From an uncultured Candidatus Saccharibacteria bacterium (GTDB taxonomy: Bacteria > Patescibacteriota > Minisyncoccia > Phycocordibacterales > 2-02-FULL-43-11), in contig CAYGDO010000002.1 in the NCBI GenBank assembly GCA_964348785.1, positions 2,238 through 66,237 on the forward strand: a stretch of DNA of 64,000 bases, in the 5' to 3' direction. The position numbers and the translations under genes were made by a program. The notes under the pieces are model-generated. The model did no database searches and was not told where the DNA came from. It saw only the letters and a program-made list of their open reading frames with translations. Below, piece by piece: positions 28,824-38,469 of the stretch (position 1 is its first letter; each line of letters opens with the position of its first letter).

Positions 28824-28857
28824 ACACTTAATTGTTGCTATAGCAACAATTAAGTGT
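28824..28857. promoter_or_regulatory. Perfect 34-bp palindrome (acacttaattgttgcta|tagcaacaattaagtgt), candidate operator/terminator at AT/GC boundary
   Basis: 17-bp arms with no spacer, immediately followed by TTGACA; lies between glnA-like gene and a GC-rich gene. Confidence 0.4.
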
Positions 28858-28921
28858 ATTTGACAATATTCAAATTATATTTTAGTTTACTGACAGCAGT
28901 ACATCCCAAATCCAAGACCTT

Positions 28922-29470
28922 ATGCCAGACAAAATACTGACACCAAAGTTTCTGAACGCAACAATTGCCCAATTGGCTGTTCAACAGGCCATACGAGTTG
29001 TGACGGGGCCAGACTCGCTGACTGGCCTTCTCAAACGTCAGGCCTTCCACATCGTCGTCCTCGGACCCTCAATGAGGGACGACCGCGAAACCGACTACGC
29101 CGACTGGCCGGCCTACCAAATTCAGCCCGCTCTCATCTATGAGCACGGTGTCGGGAAAGGTGAAGGTCTCTGGACCGATAAATACGACGAGGTTGCAAGG
29201 TGCAAAGCCTTGCAACTCTGGCACGGACGCCAAGACAGCGGTACCGACATCGCTCCACATCTACTCTTTCCCGGAGACACCATCTACTGGGGAGGAGTAA
29301 AACGTCAGGGCATCGTCGTAGCCTGCTCGGGAGTCCAGCCTTGGTTCGACCGGATGATCGCCAACCTCGTGGCCGACATGATAATCGGCCTCTCGTACGA
29401 CGCGTGGATGAGAAGTAACGACAGGATGGATGTCGAACGGAAAATACCTGGCGCCGGCTGGATCACCTGA
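28922..29470 (+). CDS. GC-rich gene, possibly GlcG/HbpS-like (DUF336) protein
   Basis: Local GC far above genome background; HIVVLGP... and GGVKRQGIVVACSGVQPWFDRMIANLVADMI loosely fit DUF336 pattern (GG.PI..GG.V.GAIGVSG); long alternative-frame ORFs typical of GC-rich DNA. Confidence 0.4.
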   Translation: MPDKILTPKFLNATIAQLAVQQAIRVVTGPDSLTGLLKRQAFHIVVLGPSMRDDRETDYADWPAYQIQPALIYEHGVGKGEGLWTDKYDEVARCKALQLWHGRQDSGTDIAPHLLFPGDTIYWGGVKRQGIVVACSGVQPWFDRMIANLVADMIIGLSYDAWMRSNDRMDVERKIPGAGWIT

Positions 29471-29515
29471 ACAATCTTCGCACCGCACTCGTAGCTTCCT
29501 TAACCGGAAGCTTTT

Positions 29516-29956
29516 TTAATTCTTCAAACTATAAATATCCTTCAAAATTTCTACACCATGTTCGGTCGGAGAAACTTTTGGATAAACTTTAGCAACTTTG
29601 CCATCTGGACCAATCAAATAAGAAATTCTTTTTACAAAAATAAATCCGGCGTCATAAAGTTTTAGGACTTCTTTTTTTGGATCAGAAAGTAAAGTAAAAG
29701 GTAAATTATATTTATTAGCAAATTTTCTATGACTCTCAACCGAATCACTGTTTACTCCTAAAACTTTTACGTTGTTTAACTCAAAGTCCTTATACAGATC
29801 ACGAATGACACAAGCCTCTTTTGTACAACCCGGGGTATCATCTTTTGGATAAAAGTACAAAAGCACATATCTACCTTTGTGTTCAGATAAAGAATGGATC
29901 TTACCAAATTGATCTGCTAAGGAAAAATTCGGCGCCAATTCTTTTTCTTTTAACAT
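29516..29956 (-). CDS. bcp: Thiol peroxidase / peroxiredoxin (Bcp/AhpC-TSA family)
   Basis: Peroxidatic Cys motif PKDDTPGCTKEAC; thioredoxin fold. Confidence 0.85.
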   Translation of the reverse strand: MLKEKELAPNFSLADQFGKIHSLSEHKGRYVLLYFYPKDDTPGCTKEACVIRDLYKDFELNNVKVLGVNSDSVESHRKFANKYNLPFTLLSDPKKEVLKLYDAGFIFVKRISYLIGPDGKVAKVYPKVSPTEHGVEILKDIYSLKN

Positions 29957-29959
29957 ATT

Positions 29960-30331
29960 TTAATTATATTTATTACCGTATTCTCTTAGACTTCTAATAA
30001 TTTCTGAAAGTGCCTTACCGCGCTTGGTGAGAGAATATTCAACCTTAGGAGGTTTTTCATGGGGAAATGCCTTTCTTTCGATAACCCCTTCATCTTCTAA
30101 GGTTTTTAACCTGCTGGTTAAAGTTCTGGAATTAATAGCATGTTTGCCAGAAGCTGGTTTTAAAGACACTTGAAGTTCTGTAAATCTTTTTGGACCAGTT
30201 AGAAGATCACGAACAATAAGCATTACCCACAAATCACCAACAATATCCGCCACACGAGCAATAGGGCACACTTTCTCCTCTCTTTTTTTATTTCTGGTAG
30301 ATAAACTCATATTTTTGTGATTTTGATACAA
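29960..30331 (-). CDS. HxlR-family winged-helix transcriptional regulator
   Basis: CPIARVADIVGDLWVMLIVRDL...FTEL...ISSRTLTSRLKTLEDEGVIER...Y.LT.RG pattern. Confidence 0.8.
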   Translation of the reverse strand: MYQNHKNMSLSTRNKKREEKVCPIARVADIVGDLWVMLIVRDLLTGPKRFTELQVSLKPASGKHAINSRTLTSRLKTLEDEGVIERKAFPHEKPPKVEYSLTKRGKALSEIIRSLREYGNKYN

Positions 30332-30457
30332 CCATTACTTTAATTTGTACATTAAAACAGAAAACCAAAATCATTTCAAGAGCAAATTTGATTGACCGAG
30401 TATTACATATGCCTTATACTTTAAAAAGTAAAGTATTAAAAACTAATTTTAAAACAC

Positions 30458-30913
30458 ATGAGTGAAAAAAATATGAAAGGAAAAGATCTTAGAAAAGAAA
30501 GCCCGAGAAGCCCACATATAAAACTTGGTGATTTTTTGATTTTAGGCAGAACAATTGATAAGTGCAGAGCGATGCTTTGGGGAAATATTGGTGAATACCA
30601 CTTTGATTGTCCTCTTGATAATCAACTTTTTGGTTTCAAAGGTATCAAAGGGGAGGATTTCAAGAAATTTGTTGAGACAGGTGCCACAGATGAAGAAATA
30701 ACAAATTGGGTAAATACAAACGGTTTACCAAAGACCAAAGAAGAAATTGAGGTTTGGAACAAGGAAGTTGAGTCAAACAACTATTCAAAGTATAAAGATA
30801 AGAAAGAATGGTTAGGGGGAGAAAACTTAAGACTGGGACTCGATAAAGACGGCACATTATTTGATTTTCTTGATGCCGACGATAAGGATTCTACAGGTCC
30901 AAACGTCTGCTAA
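30458..30913 (+). CDS. DUF5069-like family protein
   Basis: PRSPHIKLGDFLILGRTIDKCRA motif region; divergent from HxlR regulator. Confidence 0.45.
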   Translation: MSEKNMKGKDLRKESPRSPHIKLGDFLILGRTIDKCRAMLWGNIGEYHFDCPLDNQLFGFKGIKGEDFKKFVETGATDEEITNWVNTNGLPKTKEEIEVWNKEVESNNYSKYKDKKEWLGGENLRLGLDKDGTLFDFLDADDKDSTGPNVC

Positions 30914-30933
30914 ATACAAAATTGTAAAGTCGG

Positions 30934-30968
30934 ACAAAAAACTACCTTAATAAGGTGGTTTTTTGTTG
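30934..30968 (+). terminator. Rho-independent terminator
   Basis: aaaaactacctta-ataa-ggtggtttttt + GTTG. Confidence 0.6.
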
Positions 30969-31177
30969 TCTTAGTTATCCACAATATGTTGTATTGTGGG
31001 GCATAGTGTTATAAAATAGTACTCAAGTGGGAAATAGTGGGAAAATGGAAAATATATGAAAACTGAATTAAAAAAATACAAAGTTTCCTCTAAAAAATTT
31101 AAATACGATTTTGTTTTGATTTTATCTTTTTACCAGCCAAAAATTAAAGAGAAAGTTTTGGTTTTAAGAAATAAAAA

Positions 31178-31618
31178 ATGCTTATAGGTGAATACATACA
31201 TGGTTTAGATGATAAAAACAGGCTTTCAATCCCAGCCAAATTTAGAGTTGAACTTGGGAAAAAAATTGTTATCACGCCCGGACTTGATGGGTGTCTTTTT
31301 GTTTTTTCAGAAAAAGAATGGAAAAAAATTGCAGAGAAACTTTCATCAGGAGAGACAAGTATGCTCCAATCTGACAACAGAGGATTCAACAGAAGAATGT
31401 TCGGTGGGGCAGTTGAAGCTGAAATTGATTCAATCGGCAGAATTTTGCTACCTGAGTTCTTAATTGGCATGGCGGAAATAAAAGAAAAAGTGGCAGTCGT
31501 TGGACTTCTTACAAGACTAGAACTCTGGAATGAGAGTGCTTGGAAAAATTATCGTGGAGTTGTTGAAAAGAAAGCTGACACATTGGCAGAAAGATTAGGT
31601 CAGATAGGTGTTCTTTAA
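31178..31618 (+). CDS. mraZ: Transcriptional regulator MraZ
   Basis: Duplicated DxxxR motifs (LDDKNRLSIP ... IDSIGRILLP), dcw cluster position. Confidence 0.85.
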   Translation: MLIGEYIHGLDDKNRLSIPAKFRVELGKKIVITPGLDGCLFVFSEKEWKKIAEKLSSGETSMLQSDNRGFNRRMFGGAVEAEIDSIGRILLPEFLIGMAEIKEKVAVVGLLTRLELWNESAWKNYRGVVEKKADTLAERLGQIGVL

Positions 31619-31621
31619 AAT

Positions 31622-32500
31622 ATGCATATTCCGGTACTTTTAGACGAAATCGTAAATGGTCTTGAAATCAAAGACAAAGAAGTGGTTTTTGATGGCACCT
31701 TAGGCGAAGGTGGTCATTCTAAAAAATTTTTAGAATCTGCAAAAGATGTTTCTCTGGTTGGAACTGATGCTGATAAAAAAGCCTTAGCGAAAACCAAAGA
31801 AAATCTTAAAGATGTTTCTGGAAAAAAGTTTTTATATGAAATGAACTTCCGAAAAGTTGACGAAGCCTTAAAAAATGCAGGTTTAGAAAAAATTGATAAA
31901 GCCCTACTTGATCTAGGATTTTCCAGCAATCAAATAGACGGGGATGACAGAGGATTTTCTTTCATGAAAGATTCACCGCTTGTTATGACTTATGAGCAAA
32001 ATCCAGGAAAAGAGACGACTACAGCTTACGATGTTGTAAATCATTGGAGTGAAGAAAATTTAAAAACCATCATTGAAGCCTACGGCGAAGAAAAAAACGC
32101 ATGGAAAATCGCCAAAGCTATAGTCGCAAAGAGACATGAAGGGGAAATAAAAACTTCCGGCCAATTACGAGAGTTAATAGAAAAAGTATCGAAAAGGAAA
32201 GGAAAAATAAATCCGGCCACAAAGACTTTTCAAGCCATAAGAATTGCTGTCAACGATGAAATAAGAGCGCTTGAAGAAGCTATTCACAAAATATTTTTCT
32301 TGTTAAACCCAAAAGGGAAAATGGCGATTATTTCTTTCCATAGCATAGAAGATAGAGTAGTGAAAAGATTTTTTAAAGAAAAAGAGAAAGAGGGCTTAGG
32401 AAAACAAACAACCAAAAAACCGATCATTGCAGGCGAAGAAGAACTAAAAACAAATCCAAGAGCAAGAAGTGCAAAATTAAGAATTTTTGAAAAAAATTAG
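31622..32500 (+). CDS. rsmH: 16S rRNA (cytosine1402-N4)-methyltransferase
   Basis: MHIPVLLDEIV...DGTLGEGGHS N-terminal signature. Confidence 0.9.
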   Translation: MHIPVLLDEIVNGLEIKDKEVVFDGTLGEGGHSKKFLESAKDVSLVGTDADKKALAKTKENLKDVSGKKFLYEMNFRKVDEALKNAGLEKIDKALLDLGFSSNQIDGDDRGFSFMKDSPLVMTYEQNPGKETTTAYDVVNHWSEENLKTIIEAYGEEKNAWKIAKAIVAKRHEGEIKTSGQLRELIEKVSKRKGKINPATKTFQAIRIAVNDEIRALEEAIHKIFFLLNPKGKMAIISFHSIEDRVVKRFFKEKEKEGLGKQTTKKPIIAGEEELKTNPRARSAKLRIFEKN

Positions 32501-32855
32501 AATGATGAGAAAAATTCACAAAAGAATAAATCAAAGAATTTCTGTAAAAAAGAATGCTCTTTCTAATTTTATTGATTGGAGTATACCAATTTCAACATTG
32601 TTGGTATCAGTACTTCTAATTTCATATGTGATATTCGTTAGTTTAACTACCATAAAATCAGCATCAAGAAGAAACTTTGAAATAAAAATATCTTCTCTAA
32701 TAGAACAAATAAACTCAACTGAAAGTCATCTAGCAAAAATTGAAAACTCCATTACCCCCAAACTGGCAGAAAATTTGGGTTTTTCTGAGACAAAAAAAGT
32801 TCAATATATTTCAAACAAACCAATTAAGGCCGCTTTTCGAGTAAATGAAATATAA
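32487..32855 (+). CDS. ftsL: FtsL-like cell-division protein
   Basis: Small bitopic protein (TM + coiled coil) between rsmH and ftsI. Confidence 0.45.
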   Translation: MKKIRMMRKIHKRINQRISVKKNALSNFIDWSIPISTLLVSVLLISYVIFVSLTTIKSASRRNFEIKISSLIEQINSTESHLAKIENSITPKLAENLGFSETKKVQYISNKPIKAAFRVNEI

Positions 32856-34560
32856 TTTTGAAGGTAGAATAAAGTCTATATATCTTTGTTTTGTGGTTCT
32901 AACTCTAATTGGAGCGACCAGACTCTATTTTCTACAAGTAGTACACGCCCAGGAATACAAAGACAGGCAAAATATAATTGATACCAGAGTCTCTAATGAA
33001 CTTTTTGACCGGGGATCAATCTACTTCACAGAAAAAGGTGATAAACAAAATTTATGGAATGCCGCCAGTCTAAAATCTGGCTATTTGATGTATATAAAAC
33101 CAACAGAGATCGTAGACATAGAAAAAACATATACTGAAATTTCAAAATTTATAAAAATAGAGAAAGATAATTTTATTGAAAAAGCTAATAAAAAAGATGA
33201 CCCTTACGAGGAAATTATAAACAGAGTTGAATCAGAAATCGGCGATAAAATAAAAGATTTAAAACTAAAAGGGGTCTATTTTCAAAAAGAACAATGGAGG
33301 TACTACCCAAACAATAAGCTGGCTTCGCACGTACTTGGATTCGTCGGCTATAAAAATGATGTTTTACAAGGCAGATATGGAATAGAAAGCTATTACGAAG
33401 ACAACCTTAAAAGAGACAGAACTGCTACCCTGAAAAATTTCTTCACCGAACTTTGGAGTAATGCTGGAAAAATTGCCAGCGGAGGAGAAAACTTGGAAGC
33501 CGACATAATAACCTCAATAGAACCTACTGTAGAACGAATGTTAGAAAACGAGTTGGAAGCCGTTACAAAAAAATATGATTCAAAATCAAGTGGAGGAATT
33601 ATTATGAACCCAACAACGGGAGAAATTTACGCAATGGCTTCTTATCCCTCATTTGATCCAAACAATTACAACAAAGAAAAAAATGTTGCCATTTTTTCAA
33701 ACCCTTTAGTAGAAAGAGTTTTTGAAATGGGTTCTATAATAAAGCCTATAACAATCGCCTCAGGTCTAGATCAGGAGATCATTAAAGCCAGTACAACTTA
33801 TAAAGATGAAGGTAGTCTAAAAGTGAGCGATAGAACAATTTACAACTTTGATTTCAAAGGACGTGGAGTTGTATCCATGCAAGAAGTATTAAACCAATCA
33901 CTAAACACCGGCTCAGCTCATGTTGCCTTATTATTAGGAAAAGAAAAATTTTCAGAATATATTGCTAATTTTGGTTTAGGAGAAGAGACGGGTATAGATT
34001 TGCCAGGCGAGTTACCAGGATTATTTAGAAATTTTGAAAAAGGTAGAGACGTAGAAGTAGCAAACGCAGCGTTCGGACAAGGTATTGCTATGACCCCAAT
34101 TGCAACCGTAAGAGCGCTTTCAGTATTAGGTAACGGTGGGGTATTACCGAATCCGCACATAGTAAAAAAAGTAAAATATAAAATTGGCACATTTAAAGAA
34201 AAAAATTTCACAGAAGATGAAATGAAAAGGGTAATCAAAGCAGAAACTTCAGAAGAAATCACTAGAATGCTGGTAGAAGTTTTTGATAAAGCCTTAAAAG
34301 GTGGAATATATAAAATGGAACGTAACAGTATCGCCGCAAAAACAGGAACAGCCCAAATAGCAGAAAAAGGTGGAGGTTATTACAAAGACAAATTTAATCA
34401 CACTTTTTTCGGATACTTCCCGGCATATGATCCTAAATTTATAATATTCCTATACACAGAAGAACCCCATTCAGACTATGCGTCCAATACACTATCTGAA
34501 CCATTTTCCAAATTGGCAAAATTCCTAATAAACTATTACCATATAACACCGGATAGATGA
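32845..34560 (+). CDS. ftsI: Penicillin-binding protein (FtsI/PBP3-like transpeptidase)
   Basis: SxxK (GSIIKPI), SxN (SLNTG), KTG (AKTGTAQ); dcw position. Confidence 0.8.
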   Translation: MKYNFEGRIKSIYLCFVVLTLIGATRLYFLQVVHAQEYKDRQNIIDTRVSNELFDRGSIYFTEKGDKQNLWNAASLKSGYLMYIKPTEIVDIEKTYTEISKFIKIEKDNFIEKANKKDDPYEEIINRVESEIGDKIKDLKLKGVYFQKEQWRYYPNNKLASHVLGFVGYKNDVLQGRYGIESYYEDNLKRDRTATLKNFFTELWSNAGKIASGGENLEADIITSIEPTVERMLENELEAVTKKYDSKSSGGIIMNPTTGEIYAMASYPSFDPNNYNKEKNVAIFSNPLVERVFEMGSIIKPITIASGLDQEIIKASTTYKDEGSLKVSDRTIYNFDFKGRGVVSMQEVLNQSLNTGSAHVALLLGKEKFSEYIANFGLGEETGIDLPGELPGLFRNFEKGRDVEVANAAFGQGIAMTPIATVRALSVLGNGGVLPNPHIVKKVKYKIGTFKEKNFTEDEMKRVIKAETSEEITRMLVEVFDKALKGGIYKMERNSIAAKTGTAQIAEKGGGYYKDKFNHTFFGYFPAYDPKFIIFLYTEEPHSDYASNTLSEPFSKLAKFLINYYHITPDR

Positions 34561-34617
34561 AATTAGAGAGTAGAGGGTAGAAAATAGGAAGAACTGATAT
34601 AAAACACTGAATTTGTT

Positions 34618-35922
34618 ATGAAGAAAATATTTAAAAAGTTTGTAATATGGTGTCTAACAAAAGAAGCAAAAATTCTTTTGAACAGATGGCAACCAAAAGT
34701 AATAGGGGTTACAGGAAGTGTAGGAAAAACATCAACAAAAGATGCCATTTATAGTGCTTTTAAAAATATAGTTCCTACCAGAAAAAACGAAAAAAGTTTT
34801 AATAGTGAAATAGGTGTACCCTTAACCATTCTAAATCTTAAAAATGGCTGGAATAACCCAATTTATTGGTTTTTTAATTTGTTTACAGGATTATTCAAAT
34901 CATTATTCCAAAATCCAAAAGAGAAATGGTTAATAGTAGAAATTGGAGCGGATAGACCAGGAGATATAAAAAACACAGTCAAATGGCTCAAGCTAAATAT
35001 AGCTGTAATAAATAAAATAGGAAAAATACCGGTACACGTAGAATTCTTTCCCTCAGTTGAATCTTTAGCTAAAGAAAAATCAAGCATAATTGACGGTTTA
35101 AAACCAAACGGCACGCTTTTGTTAAACGGTGACGATGAAATAGTAAAAAAAATAGGAGAAGAATCTAAAGGGAAAAAAATTCTATATTATGGTTTTGAAG
35201 AACAAAACGACATACAAGCCTCAAACTATTCAATAATCTACAAAGAAGAAAACGGTATAAAAAAACCGTCTGGCTGTGCCTTCAAAATAAATTACCAAGG
35301 AAAATGTTTACCTTTAGCTATCAACGGCGCTTTAGGCATACAACACGCTTATCCATCGCTTGTTGCCGTCGGAGCATCAGTATTGGCCGGTTTAAACCTC
35401 ATTGATGGAATAGAGGGTCTTAGATCACACAAAACCGCCCCAGGAAGAATGAGGGTCATAGAAGGTATAAAAAATTCTTCCGTTATAGATGACACCTACA
35501 ACTCATCTCCAATCGCAGTCACTGAAGCCTTAAACACGTTAAAAATGATTGAAACTAAAGGCAGAAAAATTGCCATATTAGGAGATATGCTAGAACTTGG
35601 AAAATATAGCGATGATTCTCATCTTGAAATAGGAAAAAACGCATCAAAAATTTGCGATCTTTTAGTCTGCGTCGGAATAAAAGCTAGAAAAATCGCTGAA
35701 GGAGCATTAAACAATGAATTTTCTGAAAAAAATATTCTACAATTTGAAAAATCTGATGAAGCTGGCAAAATGATTCAAAACTTAATAACGGAAAATGATG
35801 TAATCCTAATCAAAGGTTCACAAGGTGCAAGGATGGAAAAAATTGTTTTAGAAATTATGGCCGAGCCAGAAAAAGCAAAAGAACTTTTGGCAAGACAAGA
35901 AAAAGAATGGGAAAGAAGGTAA
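34618..35922 (+). CDS. murF: UDP-N-acetylmuramoyl-tripeptide--D-alanyl-D-alanine ligase
   Basis: Mur ligase P-loop GVTGSVGKTSTKD; DTYNSSP resembles MurF DSYNANP. Confidence 0.65.
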   Translation: MKKIFKKFVIWCLTKEAKILLNRWQPKVIGVTGSVGKTSTKDAIYSAFKNIVPTRKNEKSFNSEIGVPLTILNLKNGWNNPIYWFFNLFTGLFKSLFQNPKEKWLIVEIGADRPGDIKNTVKWLKLNIAVINKIGKIPVHVEFFPSVESLAKEKSSIIDGLKPNGTLLLNGDDEIVKKIGEESKGKKILYYGFEEQNDIQASNYSIIYKEENGIKKPSGCAFKINYQGKCLPLAINGALGIQHAYPSLVAVGASVLAGLNLIDGIEGLRSHKTAPGRMRVIEGIKNSSVIDDTYNSSPIAVTEALNTLKMIETKGRKIAILGDMLELGKYSDDSHLEIGKNASKICDLLVCVGIKARKIAEGALNNEFSEKNILQFEKSDEAGKMIQNLITENDVILIKGSQGARMEKIVLEIMAEPEKAKELLARQEKEWERR

Positions 35923-35979
35923 ATAAATTATCTTGAATAAAAATATAAACGGTGATAAAATTTCTTCATCGTAAATAAG

Positions 35980-38406
35980 GTGAAGCTTACTAATATTTCA
36001 ATGGAAAAAATTAAAGATTTTTTAGCTAACGAGAAACAAAAACTCACGTTTTTTATTGCTATTTTACTGATCTTCATTGCCCTAGGCTCAAACGATGAAG
36101 TAAAAAAATTGGCCCAAAAACAAGTTGCCCAAATCTATTCTGGCCAAACAGAAAGCGGAAGTGGTTCTTATGATAGCTCTTCTTCTTTTTCTAATGACAA
36201 TACAAACACTGAGTCCGGTAACGATAATGCAGAAGACACAAATTCAGGCATCGAAAACAACGAGGATCAAGATCAAGTTAATGATAATAAAAATACTTCA
36301 AATGGAAAAATAAATAAACTATATTGCAAAGGAGCCAATTCAGTAATTTTCACTGGTGTTCAGTATAAAAACGGCGATCCAGAAATCAAACTTGAAGTTG
36401 ATCCAGCTTTTGAAAAGAAAATACAAAAGGAGCGTGGGCTTTCTTTACCACTACCTCTCACTCCAGTTTATGATTTGATCTTTACCGTAACACCAGGTAT
36501 TAATCATTATTGTTTGCCGGAATGGGATGAAGAAGGTAATTTTTTAAGTCACGTTATTCCCCCTGACTCTTTACCTTTCAAGCCATACATAGAGGTGGAT
36601 GGCGAGATACTTGTTGGCCCGGGAGCTCTTGTCCAAAAGGGGCTTAATCCAGATGTTGGGGCTGAACAAGAAGAGTGGCAGTATGTGTGGCGTATTAAGG
36701 GATGGCCGAATGGCATTACCGACAATACTAAGCTAGAAAAACTGATTAAAGCAGTACAAGAAGGGGGTCATGATATAAAGATGGTGGTTGAGAGTACAGT
36801 TAACGGGAGGAAGACAATACATAAAAAAGGTATGGGTTTCGATCTTTGTGCGCCCATAGCGGGTAGTGGTAAATATGGTGTTTCTTTTGCAAGGGGGGAA
36901 TCCAGCACCTTGCAAGTTCCTGCTCTATCAGAAAAAGTTAAGAATTTCTGGGATAATGGGTTAAATAAAATTGAGCCATACAAATCAAATGTAAAAAATT
37001 TTTCCATATTGTCTGATTTAGGCAAATACAATGACGGTTGGGTCAATGACCTATTTAGTAAGAAAAGCCAAGAGGAAGCAGAAAAAAAATATGGTCTAAG
37101 TGGAGTTTTACTACAAGATAAAATAATTCAAGTCGGACTTTCCAGTGGTGCCTGTCGTGGAAGCAAATTCTTGTTTACAAAAAATATTTTGGATAATAAG
37201 GCTGGTATAGCTGCTGATAGCGGAGCAATTATTTTTGATGAAGCTGATACAACGACACTTGTGCATGAGTTTTCTCATACTTTTGCTGGTCTGAACGATG
37301 AGTACGTTTATAAAAAAAACTGGGTGTCTTTGGTGGGCCAAGAAAATCCAGATCAGCTTAAAGCTAGTGGTATAGTTTTAAAAAATTGTAGTTTAAATCC
37401 AATTATTGATTACACTTATAATAAAACAACTTACGCACAAGAAAGACAACCTGGTAAACCAGGATTTATAGGATGTTCTTTTTTCTCTCCTAATCCATTT
37501 CATTTAGATATACCAAGAGAAAATCGCGAATATATATATAGGCCATCTGAAAAAAGTATAATGAACTCAGTGGGTAGTAATAGTAATTTCAATGTCGTCA
37601 GTTGTGGACACATAATGCAGGCCATCAAAGGCGGAGATGCAAAATCATATTTTCCCGAATGTAACAAAATGGAAGGAATCGTGGATGCCGGTATCGCAAA
37701 AGCACCAATATTTCAAAAATTACTGGCAACGATTGGTCTAAATTTAAATAATCAGGTTGCTACTGCTTACTCCGATGAGGAATTATCATCGGAACCCTTT
37801 GAAGGTATTATTGTAGAAAATTTCTTGCCAGATGGAACAATTGAAGGAGATTTTTATAGTTTTTCTGATACAGACAATGTGACCCCTACACCTTCTATTT
37901 CTTTTCAAAACTCTATTCTTGTACCTAATCAAAATGTTTTTGTAGGCACCACTACTACTATCGGCGGTTTTACCGCGATTATTCAAGGAGGCCCTTTTTC
38001 TGTAAATAACCTTAATTTCAAAGTAAATATAACAGGCAGAGGAGGTTCCGTTAATGATTTGTCCAATATTGAACTTTACACTTCAAGTGGAGTGCTAGTT
38101 TCAAATGATGCCAATCCAATGGATAACCAGATCATTTTTAATGACCAATTTATTATTTCGACGTCAACAAGCTATGTCATTAAAGCTACCCTTGATCCAA
38201 ATTTTAGAAGTAGTCAAAAAATTAAACTCTCCACCAATTTTTACAAAAATGATGTGGTTGTGAGAGATTTAAACACGGGCAGAGAACTTCCAGCTTCCAA
38301 AAATAACATTACTCTCAGTGAAATGACCGTTGTGAACCCTAGCGCCAGTAACGGGCAATCATTATGGCAAAAATTCTGGGGATTATTTTTACCGTCCTCG
38401 TGGTAA
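35980..38406 (+). CDS. Large secreted/anchored zinc metallopeptidase (M64 IgA-peptidase-like HEFSHTFAGLNDEY motif)
   Basis: N-terminal TM anchor, S/N/D-rich linker, TLVHEFSHTFAGLNDEY zincin motif, C-terminal beta-rich region. Confidence 0.5.
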   Translation: MKLTNISMEKIKDFLANEKQKLTFFIAILLIFIALGSNDEVKKLAQKQVAQIYSGQTESGSGSYDSSSSFSNDNTNTESGNDNAEDTNSGIENNEDQDQVNDNKNTSNGKINKLYCKGANSVIFTGVQYKNGDPEIKLEVDPAFEKKIQKERGLSLPLPLTPVYDLIFTVTPGINHYCLPEWDEEGNFLSHVIPPDSLPFKPYIEVDGEILVGPGALVQKGLNPDVGAEQEEWQYVWRIKGWPNGITDNTKLEKLIKAVQEGGHDIKMVVESTVNGRKTIHKKGMGFDLCAPIAGSGKYGVSFARGESSTLQVPALSEKVKNFWDNGLNKIEPYKSNVKNFSILSDLGKYNDGWVNDLFSKKSQEEAEKKYGLSGVLLQDKIIQVGLSSGACRGSKFLFTKNILDNKAGIAADSGAIIFDEADTTTLVHEFSHTFAGLNDEYVYKKNWVSLVGQENPDQLKASGIVLKNCSLNPIIDYTYNKTTYAQERQPGKPGFIGCSFFSPNPFHLDIPRENREYIYRPSEKSIMNSVGSNSNFNVVSCGHIMQAIKGGDAKSYFPECNKMEGIVDAGIAKAPIFQKLLATIGLNLNNQVATAYSDEELSSEPFEGIIVENFLPDGTIEGDFYSFSDTDNVTPTPSISFQNSILVPNQNVFVGTTTTIGGFTAIIQGGPFSVNNLNFKVNITGRGGSVNDLSNIELYTSSGVLVSNDANPMDNQIIFNDQFIISTSTSYVIKATLDPNFRSSQKIKLSTNFYKNDVVVRDLNTGRELPASKNNITLSEMTVVNPSASNGQSLWQKFWGLFLPSSW

Positions 38407-38469
38407 AAAAGACAAGTTTAAACTAGAAACGGGAGGAGAAGATAAATAAATTAAAAAATTAATAAAAAA

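Noticed and set aside
29200-29488. Alternative-frame ORFs 29200..29418 (+), 29261..29488 (-), 29069..29260 (-) in the GC-rich gene at 28922..29470
   Set aside because: High GC suppresses stop codons in all frames. Only the 182-aa frame has a plausible start context and protein-like composition.
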